A stretch of DNA of 64,000 bases. It comes from a virus. The translations under genes were made by a program, and so were the position numbers. Below the pieces are notes generated by a model. The model ran no database searches and was not told the origin of the DNA. It saw only the letters and a program-made list of their open reading frames with translations. Below, in pieces: positions 17,975 through 28,316 of this stretch (the stretch's first letter is position 1; every line of letters starts with the position of its first letter). The stretch lies in IMG/VR virus record IMGVR_UViG_3300033148_002122, positions 1-64,000 of that record. One strand, 5' to 3'.

Positions 17975-18396
17975 TGTTACTTAGAATCAAGTTATCAAAT
18001 AACTTTTATTTAGATGAATTTGCGTGTTCTTGTTGTAGTGGAATATTCCACTTAAGAAGTACATCCGTTGATAAACTTCAGATTTTAAGTGATCGTATAA
18101 ATGATCTATATCCACACCCAGTGTCTATAATTCTTACTAGTGCCTGTCGGTGTATCTCGCACCAAAAGGCAATTTACAAAGCGAGAGGTAAAGAACCTAA
18201 TTTAAGCAGTGGACATCTTTTTGGGATAGCGTTTGATATAAAATTAATATCAAATGGTGAAAGGGTTTTATGGGAGGATAATTTAATTGATATTGCAAGA
18301 GAATTATTCAATGGTATAGGAATAACCGAAAGCAGAAGATGGATTCACGTAGATATAAAAGATAGAAAGGCCGAATGGTCTTACAAAAATGATTAA
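17974..18396 (+). CDS. endolysin, peptidase M15 family
   Basis: LSNNF---EFAC-CC, SACRC--H, SGHLFGIAFDI, WIHVD. Confidence 0.9.
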   Translation: MLLRIKLSNNFYLDEFACSCCSGIFHLRSTSVDKLQILSDRINDLYPHPVSIILTSACRCISHQKAIYKARGKEPNLSSGHLFGIAFDIKLISNGERVLWEDNLIDIARELFNGIGITESRRWIHVDIKDRKAEWSYKND

Positions 18397-18405
18397 GGAG
18401 ACAAT

Positions 18406-18693
18406 ATGTTTTTAGCAACATCTGTTGGGGTACTTTCAATTTATGCCTTATTGGCAGTAATAATTCCCCTATTGATTAATGGTTTGAAGAAGTTGGAATT
18501 GATACCTGCTAAGTGGCTAACAATTCTTCCTGCTGTTTTAGCGTTTGTAGGAGTACTATTTACACAGTTAGCGACTGGTGTTGGTTGGGTTGTAGCTATT
18601 ACTACAGCACTATCAGTTGATACACTAGCTGTTGGTGGTACTGCCGCGATGCTCAGACAGATTAAAGTAAAGGGACCACTAAGTAGCGATTAG
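18406..18693 (+). CDS. putative holin
   Basis: Two to three TM segments and a basic C-terminus, directly after the endolysin. Confidence 0.65.
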   Translation: MFLATSVGVLSIYALLAVIIPLLINGLKKLELIPAKWLTILPAVLAFVGVLFTQLATGVGWVVAITTALSVDTLAVGGTAAMLRQIKVKGPLSSD

Positions 18694-18701
18694 GAGTAGA
18701 T

Positions 18702-19160
18702 ATGGCAGATCCTTTTGACCTTCCAGTACACACCCATGATGATCCTTTTTACGGGTTTGAATCATGGCGACCAGTTCCTGGGGAGGATATTCCTTTCCTA
18801 ACTGATCGTAAAATGATAGAAGTTGTTCAGAAAACGTGGGGACAGGAAGAGATTATAATAAATGGTGATTTATACTGTGGAAAGATTTTAACAATAAGAC
18901 CTGGAGAACATACGTCCTATCATTATCATGCGATAAAGGATGAGACTTTTTATGTACTACAGGGTCAACTTGTTGTCTATATAGGAAATGAGACTCAAGT
19001 AAATAGAGTAATTTGCTTAGAGCCAGGAGAAAAATGGAGAATTAGGCCGGATATCTGTCACACAATTGCCTGCCCAAACAATGGTGTTGATTTAATATTT
19101 TTTGAATTCAGCACACACGATTATGTAACCGACTCCTATAGAGTCAATTTTCCATCATAA
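18702..19160 (+). CDS. cupin, mannose-6-phosphate/D-lyxose isomerase-like
   Basis: KTWGQEEII, YCGKIL, SYHYH--KDETFYVLQG, EFST. Confidence 0.78.
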   Translation: MADPFDLPVHTHDDPFYGFESWRPVPGEDIPFLTDRKMIEVVQKTWGQEEIIINGDLYCGKILTIRPGEHTSYHYHAIKDETFYVLQGQLVVYIGNETQVNRVICLEPGEKWRIRPDICHTIACPNNGVDLIFFEFSTHDYVTDSYRVNFPS

Positions 19161-19171
19161 CGGAGGTTGAA

Positions 19172-19444
19172 ATGCCTAGTAGAGAAAAAACATGTGGCTA
19201 CTGCGGAAAGAAACTGGGTAGCAACTATTTTCGTGATCTTATGAGAACAAGAGGCTGGTTTTGTTCTGGGGATCACTGTATGAAATTTATTGAGGACGGT
19301 CCCCTTGTTCCAGGTTTAAGAGAAGACGAAGTTGAATCTCTTCACGAAGTAAAACAAAAAGGATACACGGACTACGAAGATAGGAATAAACCAGCGGTAA
19401 AGACTAAGACAAAGAAGATTATACCTAAGAAGGGTAAAAAGTAA
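19172..19444 (+). CDS. zinc-finger protein with basic tail
   Basis: CGYCGK...FCS--C. Confidence 0.6.
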   Translation: MPSREKTCGYCGKKLGSNYFRDLMRTRGWFCSGDHCMKFIEDGPLVPGLREDEVESLHEVKQKGYTDYEDRNKPAVKTKTKKIIPKKGKK

Positions 19445-19455
19445 AAGAGGTTGAA

Positions 19456-19743
19456 ATGGCTAAGGGACAGAAGTTTGAATACCCTCTTGCGTTTGTAACC
19501 TGGGAGGATGCCTATTCACACGATGATTGGGTTCCTATTGCAGACGCTAGATCCCACACACCCTGCATTGTTCAGAGTGTTGGGTGGTTAGTAGACGAGT
19601 CTGATAGGCACATTACTATTATACAATCTATTACTAGTGACGAAGCTGGAAGTAGAATTACTATCCCTAAAGTTTATATCAAGAACTTAGAAACTCTAAT
19701 GGGTAGTGGAAGGTGGAGAAAAGTAATAAATGAAGACAATTAG
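19456..19743 (+). CDS. hypothetical phage protein
   Basis: GAGG RBS; VTWEDA...SVGWLV...ITIPK. Confidence 0.6.
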   Translation: MAKGQKFEYPLAFVTWEDAYSHDDWVPIADARSHTPCIVQSVGWLVDESDRHITIIQSITSDEAGSRITIPKVYIKNLETLMGSGRWRKVINEDN

Positions 19744-21001
19744 TCCATTCTACAACTATTCATATCGTGTTATGCTGTCCAAGCTGATGGATTCTGCTGG
19801 TCATACTATAACATTGAGTGGAGATCATCTTGTCTATATGGTAGCCAAGAGAAATCTTAGTTCATCTAATGAATTATTTAGAATTTATGGGCAGATAATA
19901 GATACAACCACAGGTTACGTATCTTTTCCTCTTTATTACTTTGATAGTACGCACGAACCAGGAACGATCTATGTAGAAGTTAGAGTATCCTACGCAGGTA
20001 CAGAAAGGGTTGCAGGTCAGTACAGGAGTTCAATTGTTCAATCTTTAGGTAGAGCTAGTTTCTATGACATAGATCTTGTCCCACGGTATGATACTCATAT
20101 TATGCTTTATAACAACACACTAGAGGATATAGGTGGAGAACACTTATTAGGTGAGTATGATACGATATTTGTAAATCATGAAAGTTTTAATTACTTACCA
20201 ACGGAATACAGGAATAAAGCTGTTGTCGAATTTTCTTTAATGTCTAACCTCGATTTATTCAAACATGAGATAATAGATGGTGATGAATACGATGACTTTA
20301 TAGACTGTCCAGGTGATCAGGGTATGCCTTCTATAGTAAATGCAGAGGGTGAGTACCTTTACAAGATAGAAGATTCGTGGATGATAGCATTCGTATTCTT
20401 TGTTAGGAGTTTTCTACAAACTTATGGCAATTCCATAAAAGGTATATATCTTAGCAATTTTTATACAGATATGGGAGAGTACTGGATACTAGAGAATGGG
20501 AATGACTTAGTAGTTTGGCCTGATAGAACAGATGACGCTGGTGACTTAGTTCCTGATTGGAACCTGTCAAGACTCCAGTTTATAGAGTCGTTTATTACTG
20601 ATGATATGGATTTGTACACTAATAATGGCATATTAGTTGTTGGAGGCTCAGTTAGAGAGCTTAGTGACACAAAGAGAATGGCTATTAATACTAGCGTTTC
20701 TGGCCCAGTTAATCATAAAGAGTTATTTGAGCGTATTGAGGACGATGGGCTAACCTACCCTGATTACTACGCGCAGTCTGGAGATTTTATTCAAATAAGT
20801 GGTTTGGATTCTACAGGTCTGTACGGACTATGGGCAGACAATGAGTATGGTGAAGGACAAGTTAATCTTGAGAGAGCGTCTAGGGTATGTATTGGAAGAC
20901 TCTGTTCTCTTGGATTGGCTTATGGTGAGACTCCAGATCTGGGTGAAGGTCTATATAGTATAGTACTAGACCCAAGGAGTCCAAGGTGGTATAATTATTA
21001 A
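19730..21001 (+). CDS. hypothetical protein with beta-rich N-terminus and a C-terminal domain paralogous to part of the 59300 ORF
   Basis: Ungapped 69-aa alignment to 62303-62509; contains 2 DST and 1 DTT. Confidence 0.6.
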   Translation: MKTISPFYNYSYRVMLSKLMDSAGHTITLSGDHLVYMVAKRNLSSSNELFRIYGQIIDTTTGYVSFPLYYFDSTHEPGTIYVEVRVSYAGTERVAGQYRSSIVQSLGRASFYDIDLVPRYDTHIMLYNNTLEDIGGEHLLGEYDTIFVNHESFNYLPTEYRNKAVVEFSLMSNLDLFKHEIIDGDEYDDFIDCPGDQGMPSIVNAEGEYLYKIEDSWMIAFVFFVRSFLQTYGNSIKGIYLSNFYTDMGEYWILENGNDLVVWPDRTDDAGDLVPDWNLSRLQFIESFITDDMDLYTNNGILVVGGSVRELSDTKRMAINTSVSGPVNHKELFERIEDDGLTYPDYYAQSGDFIQISGLDSTGLYGLWADNEYGEGQVNLERASRVCIGRLCSLGLAYGETPDLGEGLYSIVLDPRSPRWYNY

Positions 21002-21012
21002 AAGGAGAGAGT

Positions 21013-21453
21013 ATGTCAGATAAACAGAATCCATTAGCTGTTCAACAGATTCGTGCAGCAGGTACGCCTATGCCTGGAGAGAGACAGCAAAAGGATAAAA
21101 CAAAAAAGCAGAAAGCTAGTGGTAATCGTAACGACATGGTTATGCATAAACTTCAGGAACATGATGAAATACTACACAAAATAGATAGTATTCTTCAGCA
21201 GCTAGATCAGCATAATAGAGTGGGTAGCTTAGAGCGCCATGTTTGCCTACAACTAATTGCTCAGAACGTATGCGGTGAGGATGTTATTAGGGAGCTTATG
21301 GCTGAAAGGGCTGAGAACTTTGGTCTATCTATAAAGTATGGAGAGGAGAAAGTAGATGAAGGACAAGAGAGCGAATCTTCTGAAACAGATAACGGCAGTG
21401 AAAATGTTTCCAAAGCTGAAGAGTTTGAGGGAGTTGAAGGATATAATAGTTAG
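21013..21453 (+). CDS. hypothetical protein
   Basis: AAAGGAG RBS; coiled coil with acidic tail. Confidence 0.6.
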   Translation: MSDKQNPLAVQQIRAAGTPMPGERQQKDKTKKQKASGNRNDMVMHKLQEHDEILHKIDSILQQLDQHNRVGSLERHVCLQLIAQNVCGEDVIRELMAERAENFGLSIKYGEEKVDEGQESESSETDNGSENVSKAEEFEGVEGYNS

Positions 21454-21625
21454 TGCTTCTTCTGAATTTGGAGAGGATGATGATGACGTTGTAATGCTTA
21501 AGGCTTTAATGGAGAAGAGACTTGTAGAACACGGGTCTTCTACACATAACGTAGCTGGTTTTGTTTCTGGAAAAGTTAATGTGAAGGTGATTAATGGGGA
21601 AGACTTCAAGAAGACTGAGGACTAA
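21356..21625 (+). CDS. hypothetical protein
   Basis: GAGGAG upstream of ATG; overlaps the low-complexity tail of the previous gene. Confidence 0.5.
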   Translation: MKDKRANLLKQITAVKMFPKLKSLRELKDIIVSASSEFGEDDDDVVMLKALMEKRLVEHGSSTHNVAGFVSGKVNVKVINGEDFKKTED

Positions 21626-22043
21626 CTACATCCTTAGTGAGAGAGCTACTTATATTCATATCCTATTAACTGAACTGTTTCCATTTGAGAAACTGTATGT
21701 TGAATATCCCTATACTAATATTTTAAAATCTTATTATAAGAAGAATAAAACAAATAGTAGAATGCAAAACATGTATTTACTCTCATTGTCTAGACTTCAC
21801 GCTGATTTTGTTCTTCCAAATTTCAATTGTATTATTGAAGTAGACGGAGAACAGCACTTTGCACCTGTTAGATTTGGGGGTGTGAGTGAAGAAGAGGCTA
21901 GGAAGCACTATGAGGATACAGTATACAGGGATAACATTAAGAATCAGATTGCAAATGAGTCAAAATATTCAATTATTAGAATTCCGTATTATGAGGATAT
22001 AGGAAAGGACGAATTATTTAATAAAATAAGAAGTGGAGTTTAG
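21594..22043 (+). CDS. PD-(D/E)XK endonuclease (DUF559/Vsr-like)
   Basis: ADFVLP, IIEVDGEQHF, RD--KN, IIRIPY. Confidence 0.8.
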   Translation: MGKTSRRLRTNYILSERATYIHILLTELFPFEKLYVEYPYTNILKSYYKKNKTNSRMQNMYLLSLSRLHADFVLPNFNCIIEVDGEQHFAPVRFGGVSEEEARKHYEDTVYRDNIKNQIANESKYSIIRIPYYEDIGKDELFNKIRSGV

Positions 22044-22632
22044 CATGGTAACACTAAAGGAGTCTAGTATAAAGTATAGTACTATTGATTCTCTGGTTTA
22101 TGATATTTCACCAGATGTAGATAGAATTGCTAAAGCGTTTATTAGACATAGGGAAGATTTTTTAGGTGATTGTAAACAAAATTTATTTATACATGTTATA
22201 GAAGCATTTCATGACTCTTCTTCTTGTATTACTTTCCAAAACCTAATTAACAAGATTTGGTGGAGGGCTATGGATTTTGTTAAGAGAGATTCTAGCTATA
22301 ATTTTTGGAAGAATCACGTTCCATTTACTGAACACATAAGTTTGGCTTCTGTAAATTCCAGATATTACGGAAAGTTTGTTGAATACCCAGAGTTTGATGC
22401 AAACATAGACTTAGTTAACCTAATTAACTATGCGTGTGATATACTAAACGAGAGAGATTTTAGAATATTTTCACTTCATCTGAATGGATTTTCTTTTTCT
22501 GAAATAAGTGAAATTATATATCCAATACAGGGTGACAGAATAAAATCTGTGAGAAAGATTAAATCTGCTATTTGGAGAATGAGAAAAAAGTTTAGACTTG
22601 GTTTCTACGCTGATTCAACTAGTATGGATTAA
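22033..22632 (+). CDS. sigma-70/ECF-like sigma factor (possible late transcription factor)
   Basis: Region-2-like D--Q--F...AMDFVKR and region-4 HTH LNERDFRIF-L---GFSFSEISE; directly upstream of the terminase genes. Confidence 0.65.
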   Translation: MEFSMVTLKESSIKYSTIDSLVYDISPDVDRIAKAFIRHREDFLGDCKQNLFIHVIEAFHDSSSCITFQNLINKIWWRAMDFVKRDSSYNFWKNHVPFTEHISLASVNSRYYGKFVEYPEFDANIDLVNLINYACDILNERDFRIFSLHLNGFSFSEISEIIYPIQGDRIKSVRKIKSAIWRMRKKFRLGFYADSTSMD

Positions 22633-22643
22633 GGGGTTTATAT

Positions 22644-23579
22644 ATGAGTAAAGGGCAATTTAAAGAAACATTGTTGCCTGGACAACGGCAGTCGTATGTG
22701 CTTAGTGACTTAACTGAGGAAGAAACTAGGTATGCAAGAGCTATTGTTGAAGGTTTTTACAGAAAAAAAGAACATCCAGATCCTGTAGCTAAGTCTAATG
22801 ACAGAATTTTTTGTGCTATTAACTCTATCACTATGGATAGCAAGGGTAGGAAGAGTGAGTGGTTAAATGCTCCTGGCAAGGCGGGTGATTCTCAAGACAA
22901 GATATTGATGAATCGTCTTATTATGTTGTGCGGCAGAGGGTTTAAGCAATACCTAGAAGGAACACCTACTACCTCTAACAAACCTAGAAAGAATAGAGCA
23001 AAGAATAAAACTGGTCCTAAGCCAAAAGTAAGAGAAGAACTCGTCATAACGGAACATGATTTGGACGAGATTAGTAGACGAAAGAGAATGTATATTGATG
23101 AGTTTGGTTTTAGTACTAGACCTGATCTGGGATTGTTGGATAGGCTTGTTAGAATAGAGATTGCTGTTGAAAACTATGAGACATCCCTGATAACTGGTGA
23201 GGGTTCTCTCGATTCAAAAGCAGCAGACAGTATTAAAAAGCTGACTGAAACAATGATAAACATTCAGAAAACTCTAGGTATTACAGCCGAGCAAAGGTCT
23301 AAGGTAAAAACACAGAGCAAAGAGGGTACTGTTGCTGAGTTGTTTCAAACATACGAAGACACTAAGAGAGAAAAGCCTGACCTAGATATGAAGTGGATGC
23401 TAGAAGAGTTAGATATGCTTTTAAGGAAGCACAACAGATATAATGAAAAGGGTGATAGAGAAATATCTGCTCCAGTCTTTAAAAGATTTAGCGGAGGTAT
23501 CTCAGTAAATGAGGCTTATAAGCTATTAGGAAGGAAGATCCCAGATCTTCACGGAAGTGAAGAGTCTGATGAGGTATAA
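22644..23579 (+). CDS. putative terminase small subunit
   Basis: Directly upstream of and overlapping terL; helical QKTLGITAEQR segment. Confidence 0.55.
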   Translation: MSKGQFKETLLPGQRQSYVLSDLTEEETRYARAIVEGFYRKKEHPDPVAKSNDRIFCAINSITMDSKGRKSEWLNAPGKAGDSQDKILMNRLIMLCGRGFKQYLEGTPTTSNKPRKNRAKNKTGPKPKVREELVITEHDLDEISRRKRMYIDEFGFSTRPDLGLLDRLVRIEIAVENYETSLITGEGSLDSKAADSIKKLTETMINIQKTLGITAEQRSKVKTQSKEGTVAELFQTYEDTKREKPDLDMKWMLEELDMLLRKHNRYNEKGDREISAPVFKRFSGGISVNEAYKLLGRKIPDLHGSEESDEV

Positions 23580-25416
23580 CAGAGTAACACTTTCTGAACA
23601 AGAAGAAGATCAACTTTATGAAGTTGCGTGGTTTTATTTAAGGAACCCTGTATACGCTGTACGTGATATCCTAGGATTACCTGTTGATGCTCCCCACGTT
23701 AGAATAGCTATAAGAGAAGAGTGGAATCACAACCATGTTGTAAAGTTGCTGTCCCGTGGTCTAATGAAGACAACAATGGATGCTATAATGTCGTTACTAT
23801 CGGCATTAATGCGACCTGGAACACAAAATCTTTGTCTTGGTCCTACATTTAGACAGGGTAAATTTGTTTTTGAGCAAGCAGGTATTGAAAAGATGATACG
23901 CTGCGAAATGGGAGTACAGAACAGAGCAGCAAAGTATGCGTGGTTGTCTTGTAAAAATAGGTCAAGAATAATATCCCGTGGTGTGGATATGTGGAAGATA
24001 GAATTTACAAATGGATCATCTATCATAACCGCACCTATTGGTAATTCAGGAGATAACATTCGCGGCTTACGCGCACACGCAACTCGACTCGATGAGTTTA
24101 AAGATTTTTCTGATAGGATTGTTAACAAAGTAATTAAGCCTATGTCCAATGTTTTACTTAATCCTTTGGGTAATGACAGCAACATAGTATCTAAGGCTAA
24201 CAAGTTTGTGTACTCTGGTACAATAGGCTATGCCGATGATAATTATTCTGGAACAATTACTGAGTATAGAGAAAAAATGGATCCAGATGATGAGAAGTAT
24301 GACTCAGACTATGTTGTAGTAGAATTTAACTACGAAGACTGTTTTTATGTTGATAGCACAGAGAAGATAGTAATAAATTCTAGAAATGTAGATGAGCTTA
24401 TAGACAGAAAATTTATAAAGTTTTATTACAGAATAAATTTATCAGAAATAACGAAAGATAGAGAATCAGATACAGTAGACTCAGAGGATTGGCTAGCTGA
24501 GAACAAAAATGTTCCACTAAGACTAGGAGATAGATACTTTAGCCGAGATCTCATAGACAGTATTTGTTCTGTTGAATTTACTAGCACTAAGGATAAAAAT
24601 GCTAAGTACAAGTATCCTATAGCTTTAGAGGAAGAAGGTAGGTTTTCAGATTTTGCTGCGTTTTTAGAACCTCTTATATCCTGTGATCAAGAAACTATTA
24701 TGGGCATTGATCCAGCAAGAGAAAGCGATAAAACAGCAATAATTATTATAAGACCAGGAGTTCTATACAATGAACTATTCAATCATATTGTTTATGCCCA
24801 TACTGAAAAAGCTATGTCGATAAAGGATCAGGCTGTTTTAATTAGAAAACTACAAAGGTTATTTACTGTTACTGATATCTACATGGATAAAAAAGGTAAT
24901 GGTGTCGCAATTGCTGATGAATTGGCAGAACCAGACATTAATAAAGATCCTGATGCTGTTCCAATAATTGATCCAACCTTTGATCCTAATTTTGCACAAA
25001 TGTCAATGCAGAAAGATTGTTTGAATATACTTCATCTGTTAAATCCTACAGTTGAACTCAATACAACTACTGCTTCAAGAATTCGTGCAGCGTTTCAAAA
25101 GAAAACATTGTTAATTCCCAAACCACTACCTATTCAGCCTGATCCAGTATTTTCTGCGCTTCACAAGAACATAGTTGCTTTGCGTGGTCAGCTATTGAAG
25201 ATCAAACACAAAGTTGTTGGTGGTGGTCTTAATTTTTATATTCCAGAAGCTAAGTCTAAGGATGAATCTCTAGAGAGAGGGTTTAAAGACTTATTTTCTG
25301 CTTTATTGTATGCGTATTATGGAGTTTGGAAAAAGTTGGATAGTCTAAAAGACAATAATATGACTATTCAACAACTAGACTCTATGCTACCAAGGTCTGT
25401 TAAGTTAAAAAGATAG
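23569..25416 (+). CDS. terL: terminase large subunit
   Basis: SRGLMKT Walker A, PTFRQ, NGSSI, RGLRAHATRLDEF Walker B, nuclease MGIDPAR--D, DKKGNG, KDLFSAL (track start 23557). Confidence 0.93.
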   Translation: MRYNRVTLSEQEEDQLYEVAWFYLRNPVYAVRDILGLPVDAPHVRIAIREEWNHNHVVKLLSRGLMKTTMDAIMSLLSALMRPGTQNLCLGPTFRQGKFVFEQAGIEKMIRCEMGVQNRAAKYAWLSCKNRSRIISRGVDMWKIEFTNGSSIITAPIGNSGDNIRGLRAHATRLDEFKDFSDRIVNKVIKPMSNVLLNPLGNDSNIVSKANKFVYSGTIGYADDNYSGTITEYREKMDPDDEKYDSDYVVVEFNYEDCFYVDSTEKIVINSRNVDELIDRKFIKFYYRINLSEITKDRESDTVDSEDWLAENKNVPLRLGDRYFSRDLIDSICSVEFTSTKDKNAKYKYPIALEEEGRFSDFAAFLEPLISCDQETIMGIDPARESDKTAIIIIRPGVLYNELFNHIVYAHTEKAMSIKDQAVLIRKLQRLFTVTDIYMDKKGNGVAIADELAEPDINKDPDAVPIIDPTFDPNFAQMSMQKDCLNILHLLNPTVELNTTTASRIRAAFQKKTLLIPKPLPIQPDPVFSALHKNIVALRGQLLKIKHKVVGGGLNFYIPEAKSKDESLERGFKDLFSALLYAYYGVWKKLDSLKDNNMTIQQLDSMLPRSVKLKR

Positions 25417-25427
25417 AGAGGTAAAAA

Positions 25428-26000
25428 ATGGCTGCTACAGTCGAAATTCATAGTTTTCCGAGTGGATCTGGTGCAGATATTTCTAACGGAAACGTTAGAT
25501 TTAAGCTAGCTGATAATGATACAGTGGATACTGACAATCCATGTCGTATTCCTACAGCGGATCAGGTTAATAACGAGGAAATCCCAACAACTTATTCATA
25601 TATTAAACACTTTAAACTGTACATTGCTACTGATCCCACAACTGCAATTTCTAATCTGAGGTTCTTTGTTAAGCAAACAGAGATAGGAACTGGAATTTAT
25701 TTGTTTGGTGATTCAACAAGTGTTGATCATAACCCACCAGCTAGTGCCGATAGTACAGGTGACACCACTTGTACGTGGTCGCTTATTAGCGGAGGTGCTA
25801 CACACGTTTGGAGTCCTGCATCTCCACAGGTTGTTCAGGCTGGTGATGTACTCACTAATGGTAACGCACCAGAGTACGATGATGCGGCTGAACAGGATTT
25901 TGTTACACTTCAGTTGATGATAGATGATAGTGCATCACCTGGAACTTATCCTGCTGCTGAAGATGATGGTGTATTTACTTATCGTTACGATGAGAACTAA
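25428..26000 (+). CDS. putative high-copy virion appendage protein
   Basis: Beta-rich and acidic, GAGG RBS, 2 DST and 1 DTT; followed by a perfect palindrome, as other major virion genes are followed by hairpins. Confidence 0.55.
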   Translation: MAATVEIHSFPSGSGADISNGNVRFKLADNDTVDTDNPCRIPTADQVNNEEIPTTYSYIKHFKLYIATDPTTAISNLRFFVKQTEIGTGIYLFGDSTSVDHNPPASADSTGDTTCTWSLISGGATHVWSPASPQVVQAGDVLTNGNAPEYDDAAEQDFVTLQLMIDDSASPGTYPAAEDDGVFTYRYDEN

Positions 26001-26012
26001 TTTCAAAATAGT

Positions 26013-26042
26013 GGGAGTAGTAGGTATATACCTACTACTCCC
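26013..26042. terminator. perfect 30-bp palindrome (terminator or mRNA stabiliser)
   Basis: GGGAGTAGTAGGTATATACCTACTACTCCC equals its own reverse complement. Confidence 0.7.
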
Positions 26043-26073
26043 CAATTATGATAATATGACATAGGAGGACGGA

Positions 26074-26418
26074 ATGGAATATCTTTGGAGGGTCTATCTT
26101 GATGATGGTAGTATTATTACTGAAGGTGAGGATCCTAATTTCAAATCTTCTGAAGATTTTGATAAACGTAGTGTTGCCAGAATTGAGTATGTTAATTCCG
26201 ATGACAACTCTAAAGTTGTTTCTTTGGATATAAACATCAAAGAGGGTGAAAGGTTCTATAGGTTTTGGAGAAAGACCGCATCATTTAATATGTTTAAGGG
26301 AACACTACCTCCTACGACTGTCTATGTCATTGGAATTAAAAAACTTGATGAGAGTATTCTTACTGTTTATTTGTACGCAGATGGACAGGTTTTGGTATCA
26401 ACAAATGACCAACTTTGA
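26074..26418 (+). CDS. hypothetical protein
   Basis: AGGAGG RBS. Confidence 0.65.
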   Translation: MEYLWRVYLDDGSIITEGEDPNFKSSEDFDKRSVARIEYVNSDDNSKVVSLDINIKEGERFYRFWRKTASFNMFKGTLPPTTVYVIGIKKLDESILTVYLYADGQVLVSTNDQL

Positions 26419-26430
26419 TAGGGTGCTAGT

Positions 26431-27870
26431 ATGCCAATTTATTATGTAGACGCAGACAATGGTAGTGATGCCGCTGATGGCTTATCTACAGGTAACGCAT
26501 GGCAGACCAATTCCAAAGTATTTAGTGTGACCTTCACAAGAGGTGATACTATCTATTATAGGCGTTGCGAGGGTTACTATGATAACACTTCTGGGGATGT
26601 CTTTTCATCGTTTACAGGTCAGTTAACTCCACATACCCACACTAAGTTTGTTGGTGATGATGGGAACTTTGGAATTGGAGATTGGAGTAGTGATACAACT
26701 ACCGTTGTTTGGATGAACAACGGATCAAGTACTTATGCACTTAGGATGTCATCTAACTTAACTAACTATGGACTTATATTTCAAAATATTGAATGGGCTG
26801 GCACTGGTTCAGGTCCACGTTACCGTTCTGGTGGCAACAACATATTTAAGCATTGTGTGTTCAGAGGACAGAATCATTCGTATCCACTAAACAAAAAATT
26901 GGGAAAATACGCTATATTTTTGGATTATGATTATGGTACAACAACATTTGATGGATGTATATTTGATACATTTACAGTGGCTGGTGAAGAGCCTCTTTAT
27001 GGTGTTTACTCATATTCCAAGATTATTTTCAAAGGTTGTTTATTCCATGATTGTAACTATCTAGCGAAACTAAGTGTGTGTTCAACAGATTTTGAAGCTA
27101 TTGATTCTACATTTACTATGAATACTTCAATGTTTACAGCAAGTTCTCGTCAGGCTAACGCCGAACAGGCTTACTACAAATTTGACAGATGTGCGATATC
27201 CATTAATGATCAGCAGTTTACTTTGGATGAAAAAGTTTGGTCCTCTGTTCCCTTCCACTACTCACTTACAGACTGTGAGGAAGACTGGCAATATACTTTC
27301 TCTGGTGAGCCTTCCTATGGTTACTTTGAGAATATTAACGATGTTCCAGGCCCAATCGGGAGAGGTTTTATTAAGCTTGGGATTATGTATGATAGTACAT
27401 CAGAGCAAAGATCTGGTGGCGGCGACTCGATGATTCACTACCGACATTTTTACTTCAACGCAAATCCTGACATTCCACCATGGATTGCTGACTCTACTCA
27501 TAGAATTATGCTTTCTGACTGGAGAATAAATATACCAGATGCAGATGGTGCTAATGAATACAAAGTTTCGGCCTGGGCGCAAGCAACTGAAGGATGGGGA
27601 GCAGCAGGTACACTGTATGGTCTTGACAAAAGCATGTATATTACTGTTGAGTACATAGACGTTAATGCAGAAGATGGTGTTGAAATAATACCCTATGACG
27701 TTGCCGACAGTACAGAAAGAATCACAGCAGATGATACCTGGACTGAACTTGTTGTAAACTTTGTTCCGGGTAGAGCGGGTCCAGCATATATTAAAACATG
27801 GTTGTCAGATCATTACAATGAAGATGCACATTTTATACTAGATAACTATATTGAGGTTACTAAAGTTTAA
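26431..27870 (+). CDS. beta-helix virion protein (pectin-lyase-like, DUF1565-like N-terminus)
   Basis: YYVDADNGSDAADGLS---AWQT, repeated F--C-F strands; 4 DST and 1 DTT. Confidence 0.65.
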   Translation: MPIYYVDADNGSDAADGLSTGNAWQTNSKVFSVTFTRGDTIYYRRCEGYYDNTSGDVFSSFTGQLTPHTHTKFVGDDGNFGIGDWSSDTTTVVWMNNGSSTYALRMSSNLTNYGLIFQNIEWAGTGSGPRYRSGGNNIFKHCVFRGQNHSYPLNKKLGKYAIFLDYDYGTTTFDGCIFDTFTVAGEEPLYGVYSYSKIIFKGCLFHDCNYLAKLSVCSTDFEAIDSTFTMNTSMFTASSRQANAEQAYYKFDRCAISINDQQFTLDEKVWSSVPFHYSLTDCEEDWQYTFSGEPSYGYFENINDVPGPIGRGFIKLGIMYDSTSEQRSGGGDSMIHYRHFYFNANPDIPPWIADSTHRIMLSDWRINIPDADGANEYKVSAWAQATEGWGAAGTLYGLDKSMYITVEYIDVNAEDGVEIIPYDVADSTERITADDTWTELVVNFVPGRAGPAYIKTWLSDHYNEDAHFILDNYIEVTKV

Positions 27871-27876
27871 GGGATA

Positions 27877-27905
27877 TTGACTTTCTAAGTCGGGAGGAGG
27901 ATACT
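27877..27905 (+). promoter_or_regulatory. possible sigma70-type promoter
   Basis: TTGACT-17 bp-GATACT in the intergenic gap. Confidence 0.35.
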
Positions 27906-27935
27906 GTAGAATTTTTCTTATTTTAGGGGTTACGT

Positions 27936-28316
27936 ATGCCATTGTCAGACTTCTATGCAAAAAGCTACATAAAAAAACAAGAGTGCCCTGTCTGTAAAGA
28001 CGCAGGGCACGATTGCTTTGTAGATGAGGATGGACACTGGCCTATTCTTGGTTGGGTAATTTTTTACGGTGATGGACAGTTTTATACTAGCAAAGAATAC
28101 TCTGTGGAAGATCTTCCGTGTGAAGATGTACAAATTATAAAAGTATACATACAAAAAGAAGGTAAAGTTAGAACAATCATAGACTTAGGAGAAGATGATT
28201 ATCAACTTCCTGGGAGTGACAGAATATTATATGGCAGGTGGCTTGGTAGCCTAAAATATCCAGAAGCATATAAGTATATTACTCACTTGGCACTCAAACA
28301 TGAGTGGGTGGAATAA
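27936..28316 (+). CDS. hypothetical protein
   Basis: CPVC---GH-C near the N-terminus; coupled to the next gene by TAATG. Confidence 0.6.
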   Translation: MPLSDFYAKSYIKKQECPVCKDAGHDCFVDEDGHWPILGWVIFYGDGQFYTSKEYSVEDLPCEDVQIIKVYIQKEGKVRTIIDLGEDDYQLPGSDRILYGRWLGSLKYPEAYKYITHLALKHEWVE

